Below are positions 1 to 8,288 of a stretch of DNA of 32,000 nucleotides, one piece after another. The position numbers and the translations under genes were made by a program. Positions within the stretch are counted from its first letter, which is position 1; the number at the start of each line of letters is the position of its first letter. The notes beneath the pieces are model-generated. The model was given only the letters and a program-made list of their open reading frames with translations. It made no database searches and had not been told where the DNA came from. The stretch comes from Pirellula staleyi DSM 6068 (GTDB taxonomy: Bacteria; Planctomycetota; Planctomycetia; Pirellulales; Pirellulaceae), in NCBI GenBank assembly GCA_000025185.1, contig CP001848.1:4410001-4442000 (forward strand), written 5' to 3'.

Positions 1-127
1 ATGGCCGAACTATACGAAAGCAGCCAGACACAAATTCAATGTCATAATACCAGCGATGCCATCCTGGCCGAGTGTCCTGGTACGTTTGGCAGTGTGGAAA
101 AAATGTCGGGTGCATGAAAGGTACAAA

Positions 128-149
128 CTTGCATTTTCGTAAATGCAAG
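128..149 (-). terminator. Candidate intrinsic terminator hairpin downstream of the 213..1463 gene
   Basis: Perfect 9-bp inverted repeat cttgcattt / aaatgcaag with a 4-nt loop. On the minus strand it is followed by TTTGT. It lies 64 nt past the stop codon. Confidence 0.35.
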
Positions 150-212
150 CGGTATTCTTCCGCCATTGGCAAGTCGGGCTCCCTACCTGTGCTTGTCGAA
201 GGACCCTACGGT

Positions 213-1463
213 TCAATCCACTGAACTGAAGGCTGGACGAGCATCTTGACGGGAAATCTTCCGGCGACGCCTGTGCTTCACCTCGGGCCGCACGGGTGGT
301 CCCATTGGTGTGGCGATCTCGTAGTGTTCAAGCGTTGCGATTTTGCCTGCCTTGTCAGCATGGTTGTTGGCAGCGTGGTCCTCGTCATCCCGCCAGAAAA
401 CTGACAGGTCAGTTCCCAACGGCAGACGATAACGCTTGGCGAGCTGCTCGACCGTCAACCGACATAGTTGCTCGCGTTCCGTGGCGCCATGTACGGGGCT
501 GGGGATGCGAATCAATTTGCGTGACGGAATCTTTCGATTGATGTAATCGGCCCTTAGCAATCCAGCCTTCTGGAGCTGCTTCATAGCCAGCGCCACAGAT
601 CGCTCCGAAAGCCCCGCTTGCTGGGCGATCTGCCCGTGAGTGTTTTCCGGACGCTTCTTTATTCCCTTCCTTTCAAGCCAGCGCAACCACCGCGCCAACA
701 CCAGCGACTGTGTCAGCCGTGGCAACGCTATGAACTCGGAGGCGTTGAGCCACGTTCGCCATTCACATTCATCGGGATGCGGCTTCCATGCGCCATCGAG
801 CTTCCCCAGTTGGGCCAGCTCAAAGTGCACGTTTCGATCCAGCACCAGCACCGGGCCGCGATGCCCCTTTATCTTGAACCGATCAATCAACCCACGTGAC
901 TGCAGGGCATAGACAGCCTCGACGACGCGGCGCTCGGACAACCCGAGCGTATTGAACAGCCGCGTGTAGGTCGCGAAGTAGGGACGCCGCAGAAACTCGT
1001 CCGGATTCGGGTTGAGATCCTCGTCGGTAAGGCCCGCCACAAATGACGGTTTGAGCCTGTGCTTTCCGTAAAGGCCCGGACTGCGTTGATTGAGGTACAC
1101 GAGATGGGACAGCAGCAAGCCCGCACCCACATTCCCTTGCGTGGCGAGGACGGCCCAACTAGAGATCAGTGTGCCAGGTCGTGGATCGTCCGTGGGTCGG
1201 TTGTCCCGACCCATAAAGTGCTCGCAGATTCGACCGAATTGCTCCAGATCGACAGCAGGAGGCGGATTCTTTGGCCGCTTGGGCTCGGGGGTGTCTGGAG
1301 ACTTGCGACTGATCCCCGTGGGATATGGTTTCAGATTGTCAGCTTGGCGGACCGGCAACCCGGGAAGATTTGGACGACGACAACTGGCACCGTGTTCGCT
1401 GCCGTTCGACGCCTCGCCAATTCGACTTGACCGTAAAGAGCGCTTTGATACGCTGACTGACAT
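213..1463 (-). CDS. Putative replication-initiator-like DNA-binding protein with two winged-helix-like segments
   Basis: 416-aa ORF with GGGAGA 7 nt upstream of the ATG at 1463. Two MarR/Rep-like HTH stretches (GLSERRVVEAVYALQSRGLIDRF and AGLSERSVALAMKQLQKAGLLRADYI). Iteron-like repeats lie immediately upstream. The Rep function is inferred from context only. Confidence 0.55.
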   Translation of the reverse strand: MSVSVSKRSLRSSRIGEASNGSEHGASCRRPNLPGLPVRQADNLKPYPTGISRKSPDTPEPKRPKNPPPAVDLEQFGRICEHFMGRDNRPTDDPRPGTLISSWAVLATQGNVGAGLLLSHLVYLNQRSPGLYGKHRLKPSFVAGLTDEDLNPNPDEFLRRPYFATYTRLFNTLGLSERRVVEAVYALQSRGLIDRFKIKGHRGPVLVLDRNVHFELAQLGKLDGAWKPHPDECEWRTWLNASEFIALPRLTQSLVLARWLRWLERKGIKKRPENTHGQIAQQAGLSERSVALAMKQLQKAGLLRADYINRKIPSRKLIRIPSPVHGATEREQLCRLTVEQLAKRYRLPLGTDLSVFWRDDEDHAANNHADKAGKIATLEHYEIATPMGPPVRPEVKHRRRRKISRQDARPAFSSVD

Positions 1464-1626
1464 TGCTGATCTCCCATTGCAAGGACGGCAATACCCTCGG
1501 CCAGGCGAGAGCTACCCACTCTCGCCTGGCCTTTTTCGTTTTCCAGACCCCTGATTTCTTAAACAATCCCGAAATCCAGTCAACAGCAGCGCTGGCAGGC
1601 AAATTGGAAGTGGCCTCCTGAAACCA

Positions 1627-1734
1627 TGAAACTGCGAAAGTGGTAATCGTGAAACTGCGAAAATGGTAATCCACCAGCACCTGAAACTGCGAAGGCGGTA
1701 TTCTACCGCCCATGTAACTGCGAAAATGGTACCC
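1627..1734. repeat. Four iteron-like direct repeats (~22 bp), candidate oriV or operator array
   Basis: tgaaactgcgaaagtggtaatc (1627-1648), tgaaactgcgaaaatggtaatc (1650-1671), tgaaactgcgaaggcggtattc (1682-1703), tgtaactgcgaaaatggtaccc (1713-1734). Spacings are 23, 32 and 31 bp. An AT-rich patch follows (gactatataaaaacaagag, 1741-1760). Confidence 0.7.
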
Positions 1735-1787
1735 ACCAGAGACTATATAAAAACAAGAGACTCCTCTGAATTAAGAAACTCCGTAAT

Positions 1788-1826
1788 TGAGTGCGGCTAC
1801 TCGTCGCTACGCTCCGCCGCCGCACT
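1788..1826. repeat. 10-bp inverted repeat flanking a 19-nt spacer, next to the iteron array
   Basis: tgagtgcggc (1788-1797) and gccgcactca (1817-1826) are exact reverse complements. Confidence 0.5.
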
Positions 1827-2026
1827 CAAAACACGCTTGCGCTTACGAGCCAAGCCAGAAGTGGGCCAAGGGAAGTGTCCTGATCGCTGTGATCTCTCCG
1901 AGAACACCGAATTTCTTCGATTGGAACTCAATCTGCCCCTGACTAGACCAGTATTGCCTTGCCGCGCAAATACTGCTCGACTCGCTGAATACGATTGGCT
2001 ATCCGACGCGATAGACTGGTTTGGAA

Positions 2027-2686
2027 CTACTCGCTGACGCTCCTACGGATTGTTCGTTCGTTGGCTGCATATTTGCTAGAACTGCGGGTTTCCATCGCTG
2101 CTGCTTGCGCTGACTTACTCATCCCGGCCACGGCTCGTGCAACTTGAACAGGTAAGTCGCCGATACTGACACCCTTTGTATCATCCTTATCTTCTATCAT
2201 CTCTACCCATCTCTCCCACTGCTGCACCATCCGCTGAATTTGCCCAAGGGCCTCATCGACGGTCGCAGGCCGTTTCGGCCGCCGACCGCCTTGGCTGCTC
2301 TTGCCCTCCTTGGTAATTTCAGGTCCCAGTCGCTGAACGGTCCACTGCTCACGTACGATGAGCTTCGCTAACTCATCTCGCCGTCGCTTGCTGGGGACAG
2401 CAAGCAGGCGAATAACGTGGCTCTTGGTGATTCGCCCTTGATCACTCCTGTTCACTAACTCACAGAGAGCGTCCACTTCTTTGTCGCTGTACATCGCAGC
2501 AAACTGCCGAGCTTTGTCGATCTGGTCACGCTTTAAGCCCAGCCTGCTGTCAAACTCTCGCGCTACGCCACGACGACGGCTGCCGCTCGCCAGCGGCTCG
2601 CTGGTCTCATAGACCTGGAGCACTTTTTTGCCCAGCGCGTGGAACTTACGAAGGCGTCGTATTTCTGGTGGCGGTGGTTTCTTCAT
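2027..2686 (-). CDS. Hypothetical protein with a ParB/KorB-like HTH segment
   Basis: 219-aa ORF with AAGGAA upstream of the ATG. The segment ITKSHVIRLLAVPSKRRRDELAKLIVREQWTVQRL resembles the GHARALL...LA..IV..GLSVR region of the ParB HTH domain. No N-terminal ParB GxxRxxA box was seen. Confidence 0.45.
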   Translation of the reverse strand: MKKPPPPEIRRLRKFHALGKKVLQVYETSEPLASGSRRRGVAREFDSRLGLKRDQIDKARQFAAMYSDKEVDALCELVNRSDQGRITKSHVIRLLAVPSKRRRDELAKLIVREQWTVQRLGPEITKEGKSSQGGRRPKRPATVDEALGQIQRMVQQWERWVEMIEDKDDTKGVSIGDLPVQVARAVAGMSKSAQAAAMETRSSSKYAANERTIRRSVSE

Positions 2687-2925
2687 TGCGGGGCAATTCC
2701 TTTGGCACGATCATCGCAAGTCCATTTTACATTCACAAAAATGGACAACATCCTGCCTATTGCTTTGACCGCGGATATGGCCATTTCCCCTGTTGCCGAT
2801 GTTCTGGAGCCGCAATGTTGAAGCGGAGTGCGAGAAAGACGTCCGACAGAACTACTCATTTGCCCCCACGCGATTTGTTATGCTGCCAAGACAGCAAACA
2901 TGCGCACATGGATCATTGAGGACAA

Positions 2926-5463
2926 GTGATGGAACCTCTCACGTCGATTGTGGATGTAGCGAAAGCGTTTGATCGAAACGGATTGAAAGAGCGAGCCCAA
3001 AAAGCGGAACAAGAACGGCTTGCTGTGGTGAGCCGGTTTCCGTTGAATCAATGGCCCAGCTTGGAGAAAGAGTCCTACGCGCTCGGGCACGACAAGGCAG
3101 AAGACAGCTTTTGTCGATGGCTCGAATTTCGAACGCCAACGATCGCTGGCATGAAAGGTGGTCAGGCCAGCAAACACCTCCTGTATAAACATGCTCGTAA
3201 ACCAGGCTGGTTTTTCAGTAGCAACTATGGCGACGTCGATTCCGCTTGGGCTGCAATCCGAGCCGGTTTTGTCGAGGCATTCACCAAGGCGCAAGCAGGC
3301 GACTGGGATACCATCGACGACATCGCAGTGCTCAATGGTGGCCAAGCGTTGCGTTCGAAGGCGCTCTACTGCTACTTTCCCACAGAGCTTCTTCCGATCT
3401 GCTCCTCCACGCATATCAAACGCTTCGTCAAAGCAATCCAGCCTGAGTTACTGGAGCACTCCGCCGGTGCGATTCGCCTCAATCGCCAATTGATGAAAGC
3501 TTTGCGCGCGAAAAGTTGCTTTCAAGGTTGGTCGAATTGGGAGCTGGTAGCATTCTTGTATCAATGGAACGATCCACGCGAATCACGACAAATTGTCAAG
3601 ATCGCCCCTGGCGAACAGGCCATGTATTGGGACGACTGTTTGAAGCATGGTTACATCTGCGTTGGTTGGGATGAAGTCGGCGACCTCAAAGATTTTGGAA
3701 CGAAGGAAGAGTTCTTCAGCCGCTTCAAAGAGGTTTACGGCGAGCGCTACACCCCCGCGATGTTGAAACAAAAGGCCAATGAAGTTTGGATACTGCAAGA
3801 GCTGGAAGCGGGAGACATCATCGTTGCCAACAAAGGTACGAGCGAGGTTCTGGCGGTAGGCGAAGTTGTCGACCCCTGCTATGAGTTTCGTAGCGATCGA
3901 GAAGTCTTCACACATACGGTGAATGTTAAATGGAACACATCACTTGCCACGCACATCGAGCCACAAAGGCGTTGGGCTTTTGTCACCGTTGCCAAGTGCC
4001 CAGTCGACCTTTACCAAACCATCGTCGGCAAGAATGCAAAGAAACTTCCGATTCCCATCGACCCGCTTTATGAAGAGATCGCTGCTGCACTTGAAAGAAA
4101 GGGGCAGGCGATTCTCTATGGACCTCCCGGCACCGGAAAAACCTATGCAGCGCGGCGGTTGGCAGTCTGGTGGCTACTGCGAAAGTTTGGTTTGCCGGAA
4201 GCGCAGGAAACGCTTTCCGATCCCCAAAAATTCGCGCAGGCTGAGCGATCGCTTTCGACGGTGCAAGTCAGTCAGCGTGTGTGGTGGGTGACAGCAAGTC
4301 CCAAGACATGGTCGTGGGAACGACTGCGAAAAGAGAAGACCGTTGAATTTCACTATGGACGCCTTCAGCGGAACTACCCACTCGTGCAGCCTGGTGATTT
4401 GGTGATTGGATATCAGTCGACTCCCGACAAACGCATCATGGCACTTGCCCGAATTTCACGTGGCCTCTCGAAATCGGAGTCGGGGGAATCCAGCATCGAA
4501 CTGAGCTACCTGCACGACGTCAAGAATGGCTTGACCTACGACGAACTGCTCGCCGATCCCATCCTCGCGAAGTCCGAGCCGATGCGATTTCGAAGCCAAG
4601 GCACACTCTTTTCGCTCGAGCACGACGAAGTCAATCATCTACTAGCGCGATTGACCGATCGCGATCCCGATGTTGCCGACTATCTCGACGTCGAAGGGCG
4701 TGTTGGTCAACTAACCCGCCTGACGTTTCATGGCTCCTATTCCTACGAAGATTTCATCGAGGGATTTCGCCCCGTGCAGTCGACCGGTGGCCTGACGCTC
4801 AGGCTCGAAGATGGTGTGTTCAAACGTATTTGCCGTGAAGCTCAGGCGAATCCCGATCAGCCTTATCTTGTGTTGATTGACGAGTTCAATCGCGCGAACG
4901 TCGCCAAAGTGTTTGGGGAGTTGATCACGCTGTTAGAACTCGACAAACGGGGACTGATTATCACGCTGCCGCAAAGCAAAGAGAGCTTTTCGATACCTCC
5001 CAATGTGTTTGTTCTGGGGACGATGAATACAGCCGATCGGAGTATTAAACTGCTAGATTCCGCCATGCGACGTCGGTTTGCGTTTATTGAATTGATGCCC
5101 GACACCGAGCTACTTCGAGGTGGGAATATTCACGGACTAGAGCTTTGCGAGTTTCTCACCGAACTCAATCGCCGTATTGCTGAACATGCGGGGCGCGAGA
5201 AGCAAATCGGTCATTCGTTTCTGCTAGAGAAAGGGCAACCGGTCAGCGACGCGGAAGAGTTTGCACGCCGCTTTCGCCAAGAGATCTTGCCACTCTTGCA
5301 AGAGTATTGCTACGACGACTACGAGCAGTTGACGCGTTATCTTGGCAATGGGCTTGTCGACAAAACGGCCCAAGTATTGCAAGAGGAGAAGCTTGCCGAT
5401 GCCGAGGAACTCGTCGCGGTGTTGCTGAGTGAATTCACGCAAGCGAGCAGTGCTGAGTTATGA
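2926..5463 (+). CDS. mcrB: McrB-like AAA+ GTPase subunit of an McrBC restriction system, with extra N-terminal and inserted reader-like domains
   Basis: Walker A GPPGTGKT (4120-4143), FHGSYSYEDFIEGFRP (~4725), Walker B LVLIDEFNRAN (~4867), GTP-specificity motif MNTADRS (~5023), RRRFAF. Stop overlaps the mcrC start (ATGA at 5460). The start may be ATG 2929 (GAGGA 6 nt upstream) rather than GTG 2926. Confidence 0.9.
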   Translation: MMEPLTSIVDVAKAFDRNGLKERAQKAEQERLAVVSRFPLNQWPSLEKESYALGHDKAEDSFCRWLEFRTPTIAGMKGGQASKHLLYKHARKPGWFFSSNYGDVDSAWAAIRAGFVEAFTKAQAGDWDTIDDIAVLNGGQALRSKALYCYFPTELLPICSSTHIKRFVKAIQPELLEHSAGAIRLNRQLMKALRAKSCFQGWSNWELVAFLYQWNDPRESRQIVKIAPGEQAMYWDDCLKHGYICVGWDEVGDLKDFGTKEEFFSRFKEVYGERYTPAMLKQKANEVWILQELEAGDIIVANKGTSEVLAVGEVVDPCYEFRSDREVFTHTVNVKWNTSLATHIEPQRRWAFVTVAKCPVDLYQTIVGKNAKKLPIPIDPLYEEIAAALERKGQAILYGPPGTGKTYAARRLAVWWLLRKFGLPEAQETLSDPQKFAQAERSLSTVQVSQRVWWVTASPKTWSWERLRKEKTVEFHYGRLQRNYPLVQPGDLVIGYQSTPDKRIMALARISRGLSKSESGESSIELSYLHDVKNGLTYDELLADPILAKSEPMRFRSQGTLFSLEHDEVNHLLARLTDRDPDVADYLDVEGRVGQLTRLTFHGSYSYEDFIEGFRPVQSTGGLTLRLEDGVFKRICREAQANPDQPYLVLIDEFNRANVAKVFGELITLLELDKRGLIITLPQSKESFSIPPNVFVLGTMNTADRSIKLLDSAMRRRFAFIELMPDTELLRGGNIHGLELCEFLTELNRRIAEHAGREKQIGHSFLLEKGQPVSDAEEFARRFRQEILPLLQEYCYDDYEQLTRYLGNGLVDKTAQVLQEEKLADAEELVAVLLSEFTQASSAEL

Positions 5464-6767
5464 CCGATATAGCGATGCCAATCGTCGAAGTCTGCGAGTG
5501 GAAGAGTTGTGATCGGCCCGATCTGAATCTCACCGCCGACGATCGCGCTCTTGCGAAATCACTCGCCCAAGAAGGAAAGTGCCGACTGATCGTCGAAGAG
5601 CGGCGTCGTGGAATTCGGATCACAGCACGGTCTTGGGTAGGTGTAGTGCGATTCACTGAATTTGAGGTGCATGTTCGTCCCAAGCTGGCAGGCGATAACC
5701 TGCGACTCCTTCAAATGATTGAGTTCACTACAGGACTCAATACACTCAAACACTACAGTTCTGTATTGAAGTTAGCTGCAGGTGGTGGGAACCTGCTCGA
5801 TCTGATCATGCTGATGTTTGTTGAGGAGTGCGAACGGATCCTTCGTGGCGGATTGCTTTCGGACTACGTTGAAGAGGAAGAGGAACTTCCGGTCGTGCGA
5901 GGTCGAATGCTGTTTGATCGTCAGATTCGCAAGCGATTGGGTCGACTCGACTTGATCCATTGTCGACACGATGAGCGCAAACAAGACGTCCCCGAGAATC
6001 AGCTTCTTGCCTACGTTCTGGATGTCTGCGCGCGGCATGCCTTCCAGCCAACGCTGCGTCGTAAGGCACGACAGCTCGAACATCATTTGCTGGGGAGCTG
6101 TGATCCATCGTTGCTCGATTTAGTGACCACGCGAGGCGGAATCTACTATGACCGCATGAACGAGCACTATCGTGATGCCCATGAATTGTGCTGGCTGATT
6201 GTGGACGCCCTGGGTATCAGCGACATCTATAGTTCGGGCTCCTCGCGCATCTTTGCGTTTCTACTGGACATGAATCGACTGTTTGAAGTTTTTGTGCTGC
6301 AGGTCCTTCGACAATTGACATCTACGACAGCATTAAAGGTTTCGTATCAATCTTCGGATCGCTCGATCATTCGCGACAGCGCGACGAACCAGCCCTACTC
6401 GAGTGTGATACCCGATTTCCTGATAGCGGCCCCCTCATTGTCAGGCAAATTGGTACTCGACGCAAAATACAAACTTTATGACGCAGCAGGAGTCTCTAAT
6501 TCCGACATCTACCAGTCGTTTTTCTATGCCTATGCGTTTGGCCGTCATCAACTTGGTGGTCACGTTGCAGGTTTGATTTACCCTTCGGAATCAACCACAG
6601 CGAGCCGCAAGGAGCTAACCGTGCGGAGCCAATTTAACGCGAATGCTGCACGCGTTGTATTGATTGGCCTTCCCATACCGGCAGTTCTCGATGAAGCGAA
6701 GTCGCACGTCTGGGGACCAGCTACCGCTCCTCTGCAAACTTTCCTCGCTGAGTTCAATAAGGCGTAG
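5460..6767 (+). CDS. mcrC: McrC-like PD-(D/E)xK nuclease subunit
   Basis: 435 aa, translationally coupled to mcrB. C-terminal nuclease motif IPDF...LVLDAKYKLY (~6408-6480) is typical of McrC. The size and the position downstream of mcrB fit. Confidence 0.85.
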   Translation: MTDIAMPIVEVCEWKSCDRPDLNLTADDRALAKSLAQEGKCRLIVEERRRGIRITARSWVGVVRFTEFEVHVRPKLAGDNLRLLQMIEFTTGLNTLKHYSSVLKLAAGGGNLLDLIMLMFVEECERILRGGLLSDYVEEEEELPVVRGRMLFDRQIRKRLGRLDLIHCRHDERKQDVPENQLLAYVLDVCARHAFQPTLRRKARQLEHHLLGSCDPSLLDLVTTRGGIYYDRMNEHYRDAHELCWLIVDALGISDIYSSGSSRIFAFLLDMNRLFEVFVLQVLRQLTSTTALKVSYQSSDRSIIRDSATNQPYSSVIPDFLIAAPSLSGKLVLDAKYKLYDAAGVSNSDIYQSFFYAYAFGRHQLGGHVAGLIYPSESTTASRKELTVRSQFNANAARVVLIGLPIPAVLDEAKSHVWGPATAPLQTFLAEFNKA

Positions 6768-7866
6768 CGACGCCCAGCGGCAAAGGACCGTTTCGAATGT
6801 CTGTAAGTCTGAAGCGAGCAAACAAACGGCAGGGAAGAGGCACTCCTCACACTGAGGGCTCGCGTCTGTAAATCGCAGTCCTGAAGGCTGTCTCAGTGCC
6901 CAAACCGGGGCGGCAGTCGTGGGTCGGCGAGGTAGTACGCCTCCATTAAATGCCATGCTGACCGGTACCAGAAAGCACTGGTGTGATGGCCCGAAAGGCT
7001 GCAGCGGAAGCCCATCTTAGCTATCTCTCACCCAGGAACCATGAGTCTAGCGAGGTGCTGCGATGCCTCGTGTAGCCCTCTCGCCCATCCACGGAATCGG
7101 ATTCATAGGATTAGTTGCATGACACCTGACAACCCAAGTGAATACTCTCCCGACGGCTCGGGGAGTACTGTGGATGGGCAGCTCGGCTGGCCGCAAATAG
7201 GCCGTCGACACTACCCCCGCACCCTTTCCCGCACTCAATCTCCTATCCCTTAGAAGGGGCTACGGAGAGTGTCTTCGTACCAGTAGTCCTACCTCTCGCG
7301 ACCCCGTGAGCGTGGCTGGCTGGGCTCACTGCTGGCCAGAATGCCGTCCCAGAATGGAGCTATAGATGCCAGCAAAGGCTGGGGGCGAGCCCCATTACAC
7401 CCTGGTCCAATGGTGACGGCCGCCCCGGGGTGAGAGGCTAGGACAGCGTAGGGATGTGTGCATGGCGTGCAGGGCTAGACTGCCCGTTTGGGAGGTAGGA
7501 TCACCTTGTCGGGCAAAATCAACAGGTATCATTGATGGCCCGGAACAGCAAAACGTCTCTTTCAATGCGAACGAGTTGTCGATGTCGGGGTGCTTTTGTA
7601 GTGCGATACTCCCTAGCGAATTCGTTCTAGCACCAGTGCTCACGCGTCAAAAACAAGCATCACTTAACTTATACTTGTCAAAAAAAACACAATCTGGCTG
7701 TGTTTTGGCAGACTAGGCGATTTGGGGGTGGGGCCGTGCGGCTATAGCTCAACTTTTGATCGGCTTCACCCTGAGCGTGGCGAATAGGCTGCGATTACGA
7801 GGCGTGTTCGTTCGCGCGCAAATTGTGGGACGAGCTGATAGCCAAACAATGCTGACACACCTCGAC
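6768..7866. other. ORF-poor ~1.1-kb region of normal GC content; candidate structured RNA or decayed gene
   Basis: Only short ORFs (at most 113 aa) with non-protein-like composition in all six frames. Many short GC stems with small loops, e.g. accag-aaagca-ctggt, ccagc-aaag-gctgg, gggg-cgag-cccc and gcc-cgaaa-ggc. Confidence 0.3.
7684..7706. terminator. Weak bidirectional terminator-like hairpin
   Basis: aaaacaca-atctggc-tgtgtttt. It is flanked by an A8 run on the plus strand (T8 on the minus strand) and by TTTT on the plus strand. The stem is AU-rich, so this is weak. Confidence 0.25.
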
Positions 7867-8058
7867 TCACGTGATGTTTGGTGTGCTCCGGATTGGCAAA
7901 TGTCGTTTAGATGAAAACAGACCATTTATTCGGCTGGGATTTTTCAATTCTGATGATCGACAATTGATCTTCAATATAGCGGTCGCAGATTCATCACCGG
8001 GTTCTGCAATAGCTAAAAAAACGCACCGTCTAGTTGTTCGTCTGCTATTGGACCCTCC

Positions 8059-8087
8059 CCCGTATGCGGCTATCTGCCGCATACGGG
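8059..8087 (-). terminator. GC-rich hairpin at the end of the minus-strand clamp/nuclease unit
   Basis: Perfect 12-bp stem cccgtatgcggc / gccgcatacggg with 5-nt loop tatct, 20 nt after the stop at 8107. No U-tract follows. Confidence 0.45.
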
Positions 8088-8106
8088 CTGATGTTGATGG
8101 CTCAAA

Positions 8107-8232
8107 CTAACGTCGTCGTCCGCGACGAAGGCCGACTCCGAATGCTTTGCGGCTACCTAGGGATTTCCCCTGTTGGTAGACCCATGCACCTACCACAAGG
8201 ACGACGACCACCAAGATGATAGATTCGATCAC
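8107..8232 (-). CDS. Small single-pass membrane peptide with an Arg-rich tail (41 aa)
   Basis: GTG at 8232 is preceded by AGGAGA with a 6-nt spacer. Product (M)IESIILVVVVLVVGAWVYQQGKSLGSRKAFGVGLRRGRRR. The longer 96-aa ORF (8107..8397) overlaps the nuclease gene and is unlikely to be real. Confidence 0.35.
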   Translation of the reverse strand: MIESIILVVVVLVVGAWVYQQGKSLGSRKAFGVGLRRGRRR

Positions 8233-8288
8233 GCGAATTCTCCTATTGCACAGTGTTTGTAGATTCGTGTTTTCAATAGTTTGCAAAA

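Noticed and set aside
1627-1734. CRISPR array
   Set aside because: There are only four imperfect 22-bp repeats with 1-10-bp gaps, and so no spacers. No cas genes are nearby apart from an isolated Cas4-like nuclease 6.5 kb away. Iterons are the better reading.
1663-2037. 124-aa plus-strand ORF over the iteron/AT-rich region
   Set aside because: It is built from the repeat array and intergenic sequence, has no RBS, and has a non-protein-like composition.
6880-7380. Possible RNase P RNA (type A)
   Set aside because: A few stretches loosely resemble the E. coli M1 RNA (gatggcccg...cccatc, ggccgcaaatagg, cagaatggagctata). However, the universally conserved CR-I (GAGGAAAGUCCGGGC) and CR-IV (ACAGAAnnCGGCUUA) sequences are not present, so this is probably chance resemblance.
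7733-7810. tRNA-like start (ggggccgtgcggctatagctcaac)
   Set aside because: tatagctca resembles a D-loop, but no matching D-stem, anticodon arm, T-arm (GGTTCGAnnCC) or complementary acceptor 3' strand can be drawn.
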